Shown here one piece after another: positions 20,958 through 29,935 of a stretch of 43,373 nt of DNA. Position numbers and translations under genes: made by a program. A model generated the notes under the pieces. The model was not told the DNA's origin. It worked only from the letters and a program-made list of their open reading frames with translations, and searched no databases. The DNA is from a virus: the IMG/VR virus record IMGVR_UViG_3300026302_000002, positions 1 to 43,373 of that record; one strand, 5' to 3'. Each line of letters starts with the position of its first letter. Position 1 is the first letter of the stretch.

Positions 20958-22642
20958 TGGGCTGGGACCTGTCGTGCCGGGACTGGTGGGATCGCCTCCA
21001 GTCCGGGCGATCGCTGGTCCCCGATCTGCCGCTGTGGGCGGCTGAGGGTGAGCGCGCGGTCCGGATCTTCAACAAGCTGCGCCTGGCCGACGTGCCGGGA
21101 ACGCCGACGATGGAGGAGGCCGGCGGCGAGTGGTTCAGGGACATCGTCCGGGCGATGTTCGGTTCGGTGAACCCGGAGACCCGGGAACGGATGATCCGGG
21201 AGCTGTTCGGCCTGGTCCCGAAGAAGAACAGCAAGACCACGGATGGGGCGCTGCTGATGGTCACGGCCCTGCTGATGAACCAGCGGCCGCGGGCCGGGTT
21301 CGTCATGACGGCGCCCGTGCAGGACGTGGCGCAGCTGGCGTTCGACGCTGCTGCAGGCGCGATCGACCTGGACCCGGTCCTGTCGAAAAAGTTCCACGTG
21401 CGGTACCACCTGAAGACGATCCTGCACCGGGAGACGAAGGCCGAGCTCGAGATCATGACCTTCGACCCGGCGGTACTCACGGGGCAGAAGATCAGCGGCG
21501 GGGCGCTCATCGACGAGCTGCACGTCTGCGCGAAGATGGCCAAGGCGCCCAAGGCGCTGCGGCAGATCCGCGGCGGCATGCTGCCGTTCCCCGAGTCGTT
21601 CCTCGCCTTCATCACGACGCAGTCGGACGAGCCGCCGGTGGGCGTGTTCGCCGAGGAGCTGGCCAAGGCGAGGGACATTCGCGACGGGAAGCGCGAGGGA
21701 GCGATGCTCCCGGTGCTGTTCGAGTTCCCCCGTGAGATCCAGGAGTCGACGGACCGGAAGTGGGAGAACCCGGCCCTGTGGCCGATGGTCACCCCGAACC
21801 TGGGCAAGTCGATCACGATCGAGCGACTGCAGGCCGACCACGCAGACGCGAAGGCGACCAGCGAGGCAGAGCTGCGGGTCTGGGCGTCGCAGCACCTGAA
21901 CATCCAGATCGGCCAGGCGCTGATGGCAGACGGGTGGGCCGGCGCAGACTTCTGGGCGGATGCCGGCGACGACACCCTGACGCTGGAAGCGCTGATCGAG
22001 CGCTCCGAGGTCGCGGTGGTCGGAATCGACGGCGGCGGGCTGGACGACCTGCTGGGCCTGGCGGTGCTGGGGCGCGAGCGTGCGACGCGGCGCTGGCTGC
22101 ACTGGTCCCACGCCTGGGCCCACGAGATCGTGCTGGAGCGCCGCAAGGCGATCGAGCCGAAGCTGCGCGAGCTGGAGTCGGCCGGCGACCTGTCGATCGT
22201 CGCTACCCCCGGTGAGGACGTCGCCGGCGTCGCCGAGGTGGTGCGCCGACTTGCGAAGGCTCGACTGCTGCCGGAGAAGCACGCGATCGGGGTCGATGCG
22301 GCCGGTATCGGTGCCGTCGTCGACGAGCTGACGCTACCCGGGCACGGCCTGACGATCGACCACATCGTGGCCGTCTCGCAGGGCTGGCGCCTCAACGGGG
22401 CGATCAAAACGACCGAGCGCGCGGTGGCCGGCGGCGACCTGGTGCACGGGTCGCAGCCGCTGATGGCCTGGGCAGTCGGCAACGCGAAGGTGGAGCCGAA
22501 GGGCAACGCCATCACGATCACGAAGCAGGCCAGCGGCACGGCGAAGATCGACCCGCTGATGGCCACGTTCAATGCGGTGTCGCTGATGGCCCTGAACCCG
22601 GCGGCGCAGAAGAAAAAGCTGGTCCTGGCAACCTTGGGGTGA
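20957..22642 (+). CDS. terL: Terminase large subunit (Terminase_1 / HK97-like)
   Basis: Walker A-like VPKKNSKT, Walker B ALIDELH, C-terminal nuclease region. 561 aa. Confidence 0.9.
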   Translation: MGWDLSCRDWWDRLQSGRSLVPDLPLWAAEGERAVRIFNKLRLADVPGTPTMEEAGGEWFRDIVRAMFGSVNPETRERMIRELFGLVPKKNSKTTDGALLMVTALLMNQRPRAGFVMTAPVQDVAQLAFDAAAGAIDLDPVLSKKFHVRYHLKTILHRETKAELEIMTFDPAVLTGQKISGGALIDELHVCAKMAKAPKALRQIRGGMLPFPESFLAFITTQSDEPPVGVFAEELAKARDIRDGKREGAMLPVLFEFPREIQESTDRKWENPALWPMVTPNLGKSITIERLQADHADAKATSEAELRVWASQHLNIQIGQALMADGWAGADFWADAGDDTLTLEALIERSEVAVVGIDGGGLDDLLGLAVLGRERATRRWLHWSHAWAHEIVLERRKAIEPKLRELESAGDLSIVATPGEDVAGVAEVVRRLAKARLLPEKHAIGVDAAGIGAVVDELTLPGHGLTIDHIVAVSQGWRLNGAIKTTERAVAGGDLVHGSQPLMAWAVGNAKVEPKGNAITITKQASGTAKIDPLMATFNAVSLMALNPAAQKKKLVLATLG

Positions 22643-22646
22643 CCGA

Positions 22647-23195
22647 ATGGAAATGAATCGCGCGTACAGCGTCCTGGACGTCAAGGGCGTCGACGAGGAG
22701 AAGCGGATCCTGACCGGGATCGCGTCCACGCCGAGCCCTGACCGGATGGACGACATCGTCGAGCCGAAGGGCGCGGTCTTCAAGCTGCCGCTGCCGTTCC
22801 TGTGGCAGCACCGGCACGACGCGCCGATCGGCCACGTGACCAAGGCGACCGTGAAGTCGTCCGGTATCGAGGTCGAGATCACCCTGGCCAAGATCGAAGA
22901 GCCCGGCATCCTCAAGGACCGCGTCGACGAGGCGTGGCAGTCGATCAAGCTCGGCCTGGTCCGCGGCCTGTCCATCGGCTTCGCCCCGATCGAGTCGGCC
23001 AACATCGACGGGTCGTGGGGTCGCCGGTTCCTGAAGTGGGACTGGCTGGAGCTGTCCGCGGTGACCGTGGCGGCGAACCAGGAAGCCACTATCCAGACCA
23101 TCAAGTCGATCGACGAAGAGTTCGTGCAGCGCGGCATCCGGCTGAAGTCGGCCCGCGACGAGCACATCAAGCGCGGCGCGGTGTCGCTGCGCTGA
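22647..23195 (+). CDS. HK97-family prohead protease
   Basis: The pattern ILTGIASTPSPDRMDDIV...LPFLWQHRHDAPIGH...LSIGF...ELSAVTVAANQEA is typical of S78/U35 proteases. Confidence 0.85.
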   Translation: MEMNRAYSVLDVKGVDEEKRILTGIASTPSPDRMDDIVEPKGAVFKLPLPFLWQHRHDAPIGHVTKATVKSSGIEVEITLAKIEEPGILKDRVDEAWQSIKLGLVRGLSIGFAPIESANIDGSWGRRFLKWDWLELSAVTVAANQEATIQTIKSIDEEFVQRGIRLKSARDEHIKRGAVSLR

Positions 23196-23289
23196 CCCAT
23201 TCCGGGGAGACCCGGCATCCATGCACGCAGGCAGTGCCCCCCGTGGAACGGGGGCCGTAGGGCTGCGCACACCCAAAGGAAAACGGAAC

Positions 23290-24690
23290 ATGAAGACCTA
23301 CGCCCAGCAGATCGCGGATCTCAACGCGACCCGCAAGAGCAAGGCCGATCGCATGAAGGAGATCCAGCAGAAGGCGGCCGACCAGTCGCGCACCCTGGAC
23401 ACCGGCGAGCAGGAAGAGTTCGACGCGCTGAAGGTCGAGATCGCCACGATCGACAAGAACATCGGCAATCTGCGCGACCTGGAGAAGATGGAGAAGGACG
23501 AGGCGGCCAACGCCGCGCCGGCCGATCCGTCCACCAGCGCCAACAAGCCCGTCACCGTCCAGCGCAGCACCGGCGGTGTCGAGGTCAAGGACACCACCTC
23601 GCTCAAGGACGGCATGGGCTTCGCCCGCGTCGCCCGCGTCAAGGCGGTGGCCTTCGTCAATCGCGTCGACCCGGTCGCTGTCGCCAAGGAACTCTACCCC
23701 GGCGATGAGCAGACCCTGAAGGCGATCGAGAAGGCGGCGGTTCCGGCGGCGACCACGCTGTCCACCACCTGGGCGAGCAATCTAATCAACGAAGGTGGCG
23801 CGCCGTTCGCCGACTTCGTCGAGTACAGTCGTGCCCGCTCGATCCTCGGCCAGATCGGCGACCGGCTGCGTCGTCTCCCGTTCGACACCGCGGTGCTGGT
23901 CCAGGGTTCGGCTGGCAGTGCGTCGTGGGTGAAGGAAGGAGAGGCCAAGCCGCTGACCCAGTGGACCTACACGCGCGCCAAGCTGGCTCCGCTGAAGGTT
24001 GCGGCCATCGCCGCGGCCACCAAGGAACTGCTGAAGCGGGCATCCGTTGCCGGCGACACCCTGATCCGCGACGAGCTGACCCGTGCGGTGAACAGCGCGA
24101 TCGACGGCACCTTCGTCAGTGACGCGGCCGCGGTGACCGACGAGGCGCCCGCGGGCATCCGCAACGGCGTGACGCCGGTCACCCTGACGGGCGACGGTAC
24201 GGTCGCGGGTATCCGCTGCGACATCGCCGCGATGTTGAAGGAGCTGGTGGGCGACAACCTTTCCGTGGCCGGTGCGTTATGGATCATGGCCGAGACCACC
24301 GCGATCGACCTGTCCCTGGCCACCAACGAAGTCGGAGCGCCGGCCTTCCCGGGCATCACCCCGACAGGCGGCACGCTGGCCGGTCTGCCGGTGTTCACCT
24401 CGCAGTACGTGGCGGACGAGACCGAAGGCCCGGTGGTGATGCTGATGAAGGGCGACGAGATCTTCCTCGGCGACGAGGATGGCATCGAGCTCTCCATGAG
24501 CGACCAGGCGTCGCTGCAGATGGACAACGCCCCGACCCAGAACAGCGTCACGCCGACTGGGACGTCGGTGGTTTCGATGTTCCAGACCAACAGCGTCGCG
24601 TTCCTGGTGGAGCGCTTCCTGAACTGGCAGAAGCGCCGTGCTTCGGCCGTGGTCTGGGCGCACGTCAACTGGAACCCGTGCGTGACCTGA
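23290..24690 (+). CDS. HK97-family major capsid protein with N-terminal coiled-coil (delta/scaffold) domain
   Basis: AAAGGAAAACGGAAC precedes the ATG at 23290. N-terminus KTYAQQIADLNATRKSKADRMKEIQ is followed by a capsid fold region. It sits after the protease. Confidence 0.9.
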   Translation: MKTYAQQIADLNATRKSKADRMKEIQQKAADQSRTLDTGEQEEFDALKVEIATIDKNIGNLRDLEKMEKDEAANAAPADPSTSANKPVTVQRSTGGVEVKDTTSLKDGMGFARVARVKAVAFVNRVDPVAVAKELYPGDEQTLKAIEKAAVPAATTLSTTWASNLINEGGAPFADFVEYSRARSILGQIGDRLRRLPFDTAVLVQGSAGSASWVKEGEAKPLTQWTYTRAKLAPLKVAAIAAATKELLKRASVAGDTLIRDELTRAVNSAIDGTFVSDAAAVTDEAPAGIRNGVTPVTLTGDGTVAGIRCDIAAMLKELVGDNLSVAGALWIMAETTAIDLSLATNEVGAPAFPGITPTGGTLAGLPVFTSQYVADETEGPVVMLMKGDEIFLGDEDGIELSMSDQASLQMDNAPTQNSVTPTGTSVVSMFQTNSVAFLVERFLNWQKRRASAVVWAHVNWNPCVT

Positions 24691-24708
24691 TCCATAGCCG
24701 CGTGAACC

Positions 24709-24734
24709 GAGGCGGGGGATTCGTCCCCCGCCTC
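24709..24734 (+). other. 11-bp perfect hairpin with a UUCG tetraloop just after the capsid gene
   Basis: GAGGCGGGGGA-TTCG-TCCCCCGCCTC. No U-tract follows, so it is more likely an RNA-stability or partial-termination element. Confidence 0.6.
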
Positions 24735-24750
24735 CTCTGAGGGGATCCCG

Positions 24751-24951
24751 ATGCTGATCCAGTACAAGACCACCGGCCACAAGCGCGAGGTGAAGCCCGA
24801 ATGCGGACGTCGCCTGGTGAAGGCGGGCATCGCCATGAAGGTGACGAAGCCGCGCGCGCTGAAGGCCAAGCCGATCCAGTCGGCCGGCGAGCCTTCCGAA
24901 CCCGCTGGTGCCGCGCAGTACGAGCGCCGCGACCTGAACACCGAGGGCTGA
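24751..24951 (+). CDS. Small hypothetical head-module protein
   Basis: 66 aa. GAGGGGA lies upstream. It sits between the capsid and portal genes. Confidence 0.55.
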   Translation: MLIQYKTTGHKREVKPECGRRLVKAGIAMKVTKPRALKAKPIQSAGEPSEPAGAAQYERRDLNTEG

Positions 24952-24952
24952 G

Positions 24953-26347
24953 ATGACCTTTACCGCCTCCGAACTCGCCGCCGAAGCCGGCGTGCGGAAG
25001 CATGGCGCGAGCTTCCTGCATACGGCCGCGAAGGCGCTGACGCCGGTAGCTAACTGGCGCCATGGCTGGCGGGTCATCTCCGAGGCCTTTGCCGGCGCGT
25101 GGCAGCGCAACATCGAGGAGAAGCGCGGCGACCTGACGTGCTACCCGACGCTGTACGCCTGCCTCAACCGAATTTCCCAGGACATCGGCAAGCTGCCGTT
25201 CCTGCTGAAGGAGAAGGACGCCAACGGCATCTGGAAGGTCAACACGACTAACACGGCCTTCTGGCCGGTGCTTCGCAAGCCGAACGGCTTCCAGACCCAG
25301 CAGCAGTTCCGCGAGGCGTGGATCCTGTCGAAGCTGTTGGAAGGCAACACCTACGTCCTGAAGGAGCGCGACAACCGCGGCGTGGTGGTCCGCCTGTATG
25401 TGCTCGACCCGTGCCGCGTGACGCCGCTGATCGCGGATTCCGGCGCCGTCTACTACCAGATCAACTACCCGACGGCGCAGAACCTGCTGCCGACGAATTA
25501 TCCGGCCGAGCAGCTGACCGTGCCGGCGCGCGACATCATCCACGACCGCCTGAACTGCTTCCACCACCAGCTGCTGGGCGTGCCGCCGCTTTGCGCCGCC
25601 GCACTGGCGGCCGGCAAGAACCTGAAAATCCTGCGCAACGCCTCAGCCTACTTCGCCAACGGTGCGAACCCGGGTGGCCTGCTGACCGCGCCGGCCGGCA
25701 TGAGTGAGGATGACTCCGACGCGGTCAAGAAGTACTGGCAGGAGGAGTTCCAGGGCGCCAACTCGGGCAAGGTCGCGCTGATCGGCGCGGACATGAAGTT
25801 CACCCCGTTTGCGTTCAAGTCCTCCGACTCCCAGCTGGTCGAACAGCTCCGCTACAGCGACGAGCAGATCTGCCAGCCGTTCGGCATCCCGCCATTCAAG
25901 ATCGGTATCGGGACGATCCCGGCAGGCATGAAGGTCGACGACCTGAACCAGCTGTACTACTCCGACGCGCTTCAGGGTCACATCGAGGCCATGGAGACGC
26001 TGCTGGACGAAGGCCTTGGCGTCACCACCAACACGGATGGGAACCTGCTTGGAATCGAGTGCGACCTGTGGCCGCTGCTACGCATGGACGCCGGCAAGCA
26101 GGCCGAGATCGAGACGAAGCTGACCGGAGGCGGCGTCAAGACGCCGAACGAGGCGCGGCTGGCCTTCGAGCTTGATCCCCTGGATGGCGGCGACACCGTC
26201 TACATGCAGCAGCAGGACTTCCCGCTCGACCAGGTCCGAAAGAACCGGATCGAACCGGCAGCAGAGCCGACCCCGCCAGAGGACGACGAGCCTCTGAGCG
26301 ATGACGAGATGGACGACGAGATGGAAGCCGAGGGCCAGCAGGCATGA
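24953..26347 (+). CDS. Portal protein (HK97 family)
   Basis: 464 aa. Typical portal segments (NGIWKV..., GNTYVLKERD..., LYVLDP, ...GANPGGLLT...), with an acidic C-terminus. Confidence 0.85.
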   Translation: MTFTASELAAEAGVRKHGASFLHTAAKALTPVANWRHGWRVISEAFAGAWQRNIEEKRGDLTCYPTLYACLNRISQDIGKLPFLLKEKDANGIWKVNTTNTAFWPVLRKPNGFQTQQQFREAWILSKLLEGNTYVLKERDNRGVVVRLYVLDPCRVTPLIADSGAVYYQINYPTAQNLLPTNYPAEQLTVPARDIIHDRLNCFHHQLLGVPPLCAAALAAGKNLKILRNASAYFANGANPGGLLTAPAGMSEDDSDAVKKYWQEEFQGANSGKVALIGADMKFTPFAFKSSDSQLVEQLRYSDEQICQPFGIPPFKIGIGTIPAGMKVDDLNQLYYSDALQGHIEAMETLLDEGLGVTTNTDGNLLGIECDLWPLLRMDAGKQAEIETKLTGGGVKTPNEARLAFELDPLDGGDTVYMQQQDFPLDQVRKNRIEPAAEPTPPEDDEPLSDDEMDDEMEAEGQQA

Positions 26348-27198
26348 CCAAGGACACCCAGCGGGCGATCCTCCGCGCCTGCGCCAGGTACATCCAGCGT
26401 GGCCTGGCGCCGATCCTCAAGCGCCTGGACGCCGTCGAGAAGGCGGCCGGCGACATTGCCACGAAGGGCGACGTCGAGACGGTGAAGCGTTCGCTGGAGC
26501 AGCGCGTCGAAGGCGTGACCTTGCTGCCAGGCCCCCCCGGTCCGGCGGGCAAGGACGCCGAGCCGGTCATGGTCGCCGACGTCGTCAAGGAACTGCTGGC
26601 CACCGACGCTCTGGCGCCGCTGCTGGACCTGATGGTGGCCGAAGCAGTGGCCAAGCACCTCGAGGCCAATCCGATCCCCGCCGGCCGCGACGGCGCCGAC
26701 GGTGCGCCGGGTCCGCAAGGCCAGCCCGGGGAGAAGGGCGCCGACGGCAAGGACGGTGCCGACGGCGTCGGCCTGGCCAGCGCACTGATCGACCGCGGCG
26801 GCGAGCTGGTCGTGACGCTCACCAACGGCACACAGAAGGCGCTGGGGGTGGTCGTCGGCAAAGACGGACGGGACGGCGCCGACGGCCTGAGCTTCGAGGA
26901 CTTCACCGGCGAGTACGTCGCGGAGCGCGGGTTCGTCCTGCGCGCCACCCGCGGCGCGGTGGCCCGGGAGTTCGTGCTGCCGTACATGAAGCACCTGGGC
27001 TTCTGGTCGGAGGGCAAGGCAGCCAAGGCCGGCGAATCGGCCACCCATGACGGAGCGCTGTGGATCGCCAAGCGCGACACCAGCGCCAAGCCCTGCCTGG
27101 AGAACGGGGAGGACTGGATCCTCGCCGCCCGCAAGGGACGTGATGGCAAGGACGGGCGGAACGGGGTCGACAAGACCGCTCCGGTGAGGGTCGGCTGA
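26344..27198 (+). CDS. Collagen-like (Gly-X-Y) repeat protein, probable head or neck fibre
   Basis: Four G-X-Y runs, including a 10-triplet run GRDGADGAPGPQGQPGEKGADGKDGADGVG. ATGA coupling to the portal gene. Confidence 0.7.
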   Translation: MTKDTQRAILRACARYIQRGLAPILKRLDAVEKAAGDIATKGDVETVKRSLEQRVEGVTLLPGPPGPAGKDAEPVMVADVVKELLATDALAPLLDLMVAEAVAKHLEANPIPAGRDGADGAPGPQGQPGEKGADGKDGADGVGLASALIDRGGELVVTLTNGTQKALGVVVGKDGRDGADGLSFEDFTGEYVAERGFVLRATRGAVAREFVLPYMKHLGFWSEGKAAKAGESATHDGALWIAKRDTSAKPCLENGEDWILAARKGRDGKDGRNGVDKTAPVRVG

Positions 27199-27596
27199 TG
27201 GTCGCGCTGGTCACCGCCGAGCAGGCTCGCTTCCAGCTGCGCGTCGACGCCGGCACCCCGGACGACGACTGGATCGCTCTGTGGATCCCGATCGTCTCTG
27301 CCGCCGTGGCGAGCTGGCTGAAGGATGCCTGGCGCCTGTACGAGCCGGAGGTCGATTCGGGTGGTGTCGTCGTCACGGACAGCAACGGCGACCCGGTGGC
27401 GGCGCTGGACAGCAGCCTGGAGCCGATCGTGCGCGCCGAGGTGCAGGGCGCGGTGCTGGTCGAGCTGGCCTCGCAGTACCGCTTCCGGGAGGGCGAGGGC
27501 GACAACGTCGTTCCGGGCGACGCCGGGCACGGGTACGTGCTTTCGAAGGGCGCCACGGCGCTGCTGGTGCCGCTGCGGCGGTCGACGGTGCGCTGA
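27198..27596 (+). CDS. Head-tail connector (gp6-like)
   Basis: Position, size, and an N-terminus LVTAEQARFQLRVD... typical of Phage_connect_1 proteins. Confidence 0.65.
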   Translation: MVALVTAEQARFQLRVDAGTPDDDWIALWIPIVSAAVASWLKDAWRLYEPEVDSGGVVVTDSNGDPVAALDSSLEPIVRAEVQGAVLVELASQYRFREGEGDNVVPGDAGHGYVLSKGATALLVPLRRSTVR

Positions 27597-27937
27597 TGAG
27601 CGGGGTCGCCGCGGGCAAGCTCCGGCATTGGGTCCAGCTGCAGCGCCAGCAGAGCGCGCAGGATCCGAACACGGGGGAGATGGTCAACACATGGGTGCGC
27701 CTGGCCGACGTATGGGCTGACGTGGCGCCGGCATCGGGCCGGGAGTTCATCGCCGCGGCCGCCGAGCAGTCGGAGGTGCGCGGGCGGATCACCATCCGCT
27801 ACCGCGACGACGTCGACGCGACCATGCGCGTGGTCCACCGCGGCAAGACATACGCCATCCTGGCGGCCCTGGAGGATGCGGAGTCCGGTCTGGAGCACCT
27901 GACGCTGATGGTCGCGGAGGGAGTGCGGATCACCTGA
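27596..27937 (+). CDS. Head-closure / head-tail adaptor (SPP1 gp16-like)
   Basis: KLRHWVQLQRQQSAQDPNTGEMVNTWVRLADVWADVAPASGREF...ITIRYR is a typical PF05521 pattern. Confidence 0.75.
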   Translation: MSGVAAGKLRHWVQLQRQQSAQDPNTGEMVNTWVRLADVWADVAPASGREFIAAAAEQSEVRGRITIRYRDDVDATMRVVHRGKTYAILAALEDAESGLEHLTLMVAEGVRIT

Positions 27938-28521
27938 TGGGCACGTGGGCACTGCTGGCGCCGGGACCGAGCGCGTCCGCGGCGCTGGCCAGGCGCGTTT
28001 CGCATCTGCCGCTGGGCGCCGTTGGCTGTGCCTGGGAGCTGGCGCCGGCCGCGACCTTCATCGCCGCCGGCGACGCGGCGTGGTGGAGGGCGTACCCGGC
28101 TGCGCGGGCGGCGACGGTTCCGAAGTACTGCATGGGGACGCCACCCCGCGGGATCGAGCAGGTGCGGATTCCGGACCTGGGCTGGTACGTCGTCAACAGC
28201 GGCGTGCTCGCGCTGGAATGCGCCAAGCGTGCCGGCGCCACGCGGATCCTGCTGCTCGGCTTCGACATGCACGGCTCGCACTTCTTCGGCGAGTACACGA
28301 ACGGCCTGAGCAACACCGCGGAATCGAAGCGGCGCATGCACAAGACGCAGTACGCGCGCTGGGCACGCGCCAACAAGGCGATCGAGGTCATCAACTGCAC
28401 GCCCGGTTCGGCGCTGCACTGCTTTCCCAAGGCGAGGTTGGAAGATGTTGCAGACGTTTTCCGGGCGGAAGCCCAGCCAGAACGAGCAGGAGCTGCGGGG
28501 GTTCATTGCGCTGCTGCGTGA
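27937..28521 (+). CDS. DUF115/MptE-like (Maf-type) putative glycosyl/nonulosonate transferase
   Basis: N-terminal ALLAPGPSA (GPS motif) and VVNSGVLALECAKRAGATRILLLGFDMHGSH. The last 77 nt overlap the next gene, where GC3 favours the downstream frame. Confidence 0.5.
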   Translation: MGTWALLAPGPSASAALARRVSHLPLGAVGCAWELAPAATFIAAGDAAWWRAYPAARAATVPKYCMGTPPRGIEQVRIPDLGWYVVNSGVLALECAKRAGATRILLLGFDMHGSHFFGEYTNGLSNTAESKRRMHKTQYARWARANKAIEVINCTPGSALHCFPKARLEDVADVFRAEAQPERAGAAGVHCAAA

Positions 28522-29020
28522 GCGCGGCGTCACCCGCTACCTGGAGATCGGCGCAAGGCACGGCGATACCTTCCACGAGGTGATGCTGTCGCTTCCGGAG
28601 GGAAGCACTGGCGTGGCCGTTGACCTCCCCGGTGGACTCTGGGGAACCGGCAAGTCGCGCCAGCACCTCCTGAAGGCGGTGGCCGACCTCAACCGGCGCG
28701 GCTACAAGTGCAGCGCCCTGTTCGGGGACTCGCAGACGGACGCGACCAAGCGGCTGATCGTGGGCCGCGGGCCGTTCGACGCGATCCTGATCGATGGCGA
28801 CCACACTCTGGCCGGCGTGTCGCGGGACTGGGCGCACTACGGCCGGATGGCGCCGTTGGTTGCCTTCCACGACATCGTCGGCGCGGGCCAGCGGGAGAAG
28901 GTGCACGGCCGGGAGGTCGAGGTGCCGATCCTCTGGGAGCGGCTGAAGGGTCAGCACCAGGTGGCGGAGTTCGTGGCCGAAGGCTCGGCCATGGGCATCG
29001 GCGTAGTGCTGGCGAGCTGA
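28445..29020 (+). CDS. Class I SAM-dependent methyltransferase (CmcI / Methyltransf_24-like)
   Basis: Motif I YLEIGARHGDT, acidic VAVDLPGG, and ILIDGDHTLAGVSRDW. Confidence 0.7.
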   Translation: MLQTFSGRKPSQNEQELRGFIALLRERGVTRYLEIGARHGDTFHEVMLSLPEGSTGVAVDLPGGLWGTGKSRQHLLKAVADLNRRGYKCSALFGDSQTDATKRLIVGRGPFDAILIDGDHTLAGVSRDWAHYGRMAPLVAFHDIVGAGQREKVHGREVEVPILWERLKGQHQVAEFVAEGSAMGIGVVLAS

Positions 29021-29023
29021 CCG

Positions 29024-29935
29024 GTGCACTTCGACCTGAGTCAGCGGGCGCCGCACCAGATTGCGCACTGGCAGGCGGTTACGGAAGGGCTGCGCCGACA
29101 TGGCGTTCTGGACCAGTACCCGGGCGTGGTCGTGTGCTGGGGATGGCGCACGGGTGCCGTGCATCGCAAGCGCGGGCGCGATGTGCTGGTGCTCGAGCGC
29201 GGCTATCTCGGTGAACGGTTCAACTGGTCGAGCATCGGCTGGAACGGGCTCAATGGCCTGGCGACGTTTCCGGACTACCCCACGGACTTCGGGGCTCGGT
29301 TCCGCCGCCTGGGTGTTCAGCTGGAACCGTGGCGTCCTGCCGGCGAATACGTGCTGCTGGTCGGACAGGTGCACGGCGACGCCGCGCTGCAGGGCCGGAA
29401 CCTGGGTCCGTGGTATGCGCAGACGGCGAAGGCCGCGGCGGCCCAGTACGGGCTGCCAGTGAGGTTCAGGCCGCATCCGCTGGAGGTGCGCCGCACCGGA
29501 GTGGTCCGGCGCGTGCCAGGGACGGAGCATGATGCCGGGCCGCTGGTCGATGCCCTGGCGCGTGCAGCGGTCGTGGTGACCTGGAACAGCAACACCGGCG
29601 TCGACGCGCTCCTGGCCGGCAAGCCTGTCGTGGCGCTGGGCGATGGCGCCATGGCGTCGCCGTTGGCGGCGCGGGAGCTGGGCGGCCAGTGCAACCCGGA
29701 CCGCGAGGCCTGGGCGCATGCGCTGGCGTGGAAGCAGTGGACGCTGGAGGAGATCCGGTCCGGCGAGGCGTTGGTCGGAGTCGTGGAGGACCTGAAGGAT
29801 GGACGTTACGGTCAAGGTGGAGGGTCTGGCGGAAGCGGAGCGGAAGCTGAAGCTACTGCCCGATCGCGTCGGCCGCCGGGCCCTGCGGCGCGCGCTGAGG
29901 CGTGGCGCCAACGTCATTCGCAACGGGGCGCGTGA
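29024..29935 (+). CDS. KpsC/KpsS-like (Capsule_synth family) putative glycosyltransferase
   Basis: YVLLVGQVHGDAAL ... VRFRPHPLE ... AAVVVTWNSNTGVDALLAGKPVVALGDGA. GTG start. The last 137 nt overlap the gp10-like gene. Confidence 0.55.
   Translation: MHFDLSQRAPHQIAHWQAVTEGLRRHGVLDQYPGVVVCWGWRTGAVHRKRGRDVLVLERGYLGERFNWSSIGWNGLNGLATFPDYPTDFGARFRRLGVQLEPWRPAGEYVLLVGQVHGDAALQGRNLGPWYAQTAKAAAAQYGLPVRFRPHPLEVRRTGVVRRVPGTEHDAGPLVDALARAAVVVTWNSNTGVDALLAGKPVVALGDGAMASPLAARELGGQCNPDREAWAHALAWKQWTLEEIRSGEALVGVVEDLKDGRYGQGGGSGGSGAEAEATARSRRPPGPAARAEAWRQRHSQRGA

Noticed and set aside
20767-22572. Very long antisense ORFs opposite real genes (for example 20767..22572 -, 12737..14191 -, 28391..30208 -, 29941..31308 -, 10473..11393 -, 6677..7681 -)
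   Set aside because: These are typical shadow ORFs of a high-GC genome. They give Arg/Pro/Ala/Gly-rich nonsense translations with no family motifs. The opposite strand carries recognisable phage genes with GC-rich third positions.
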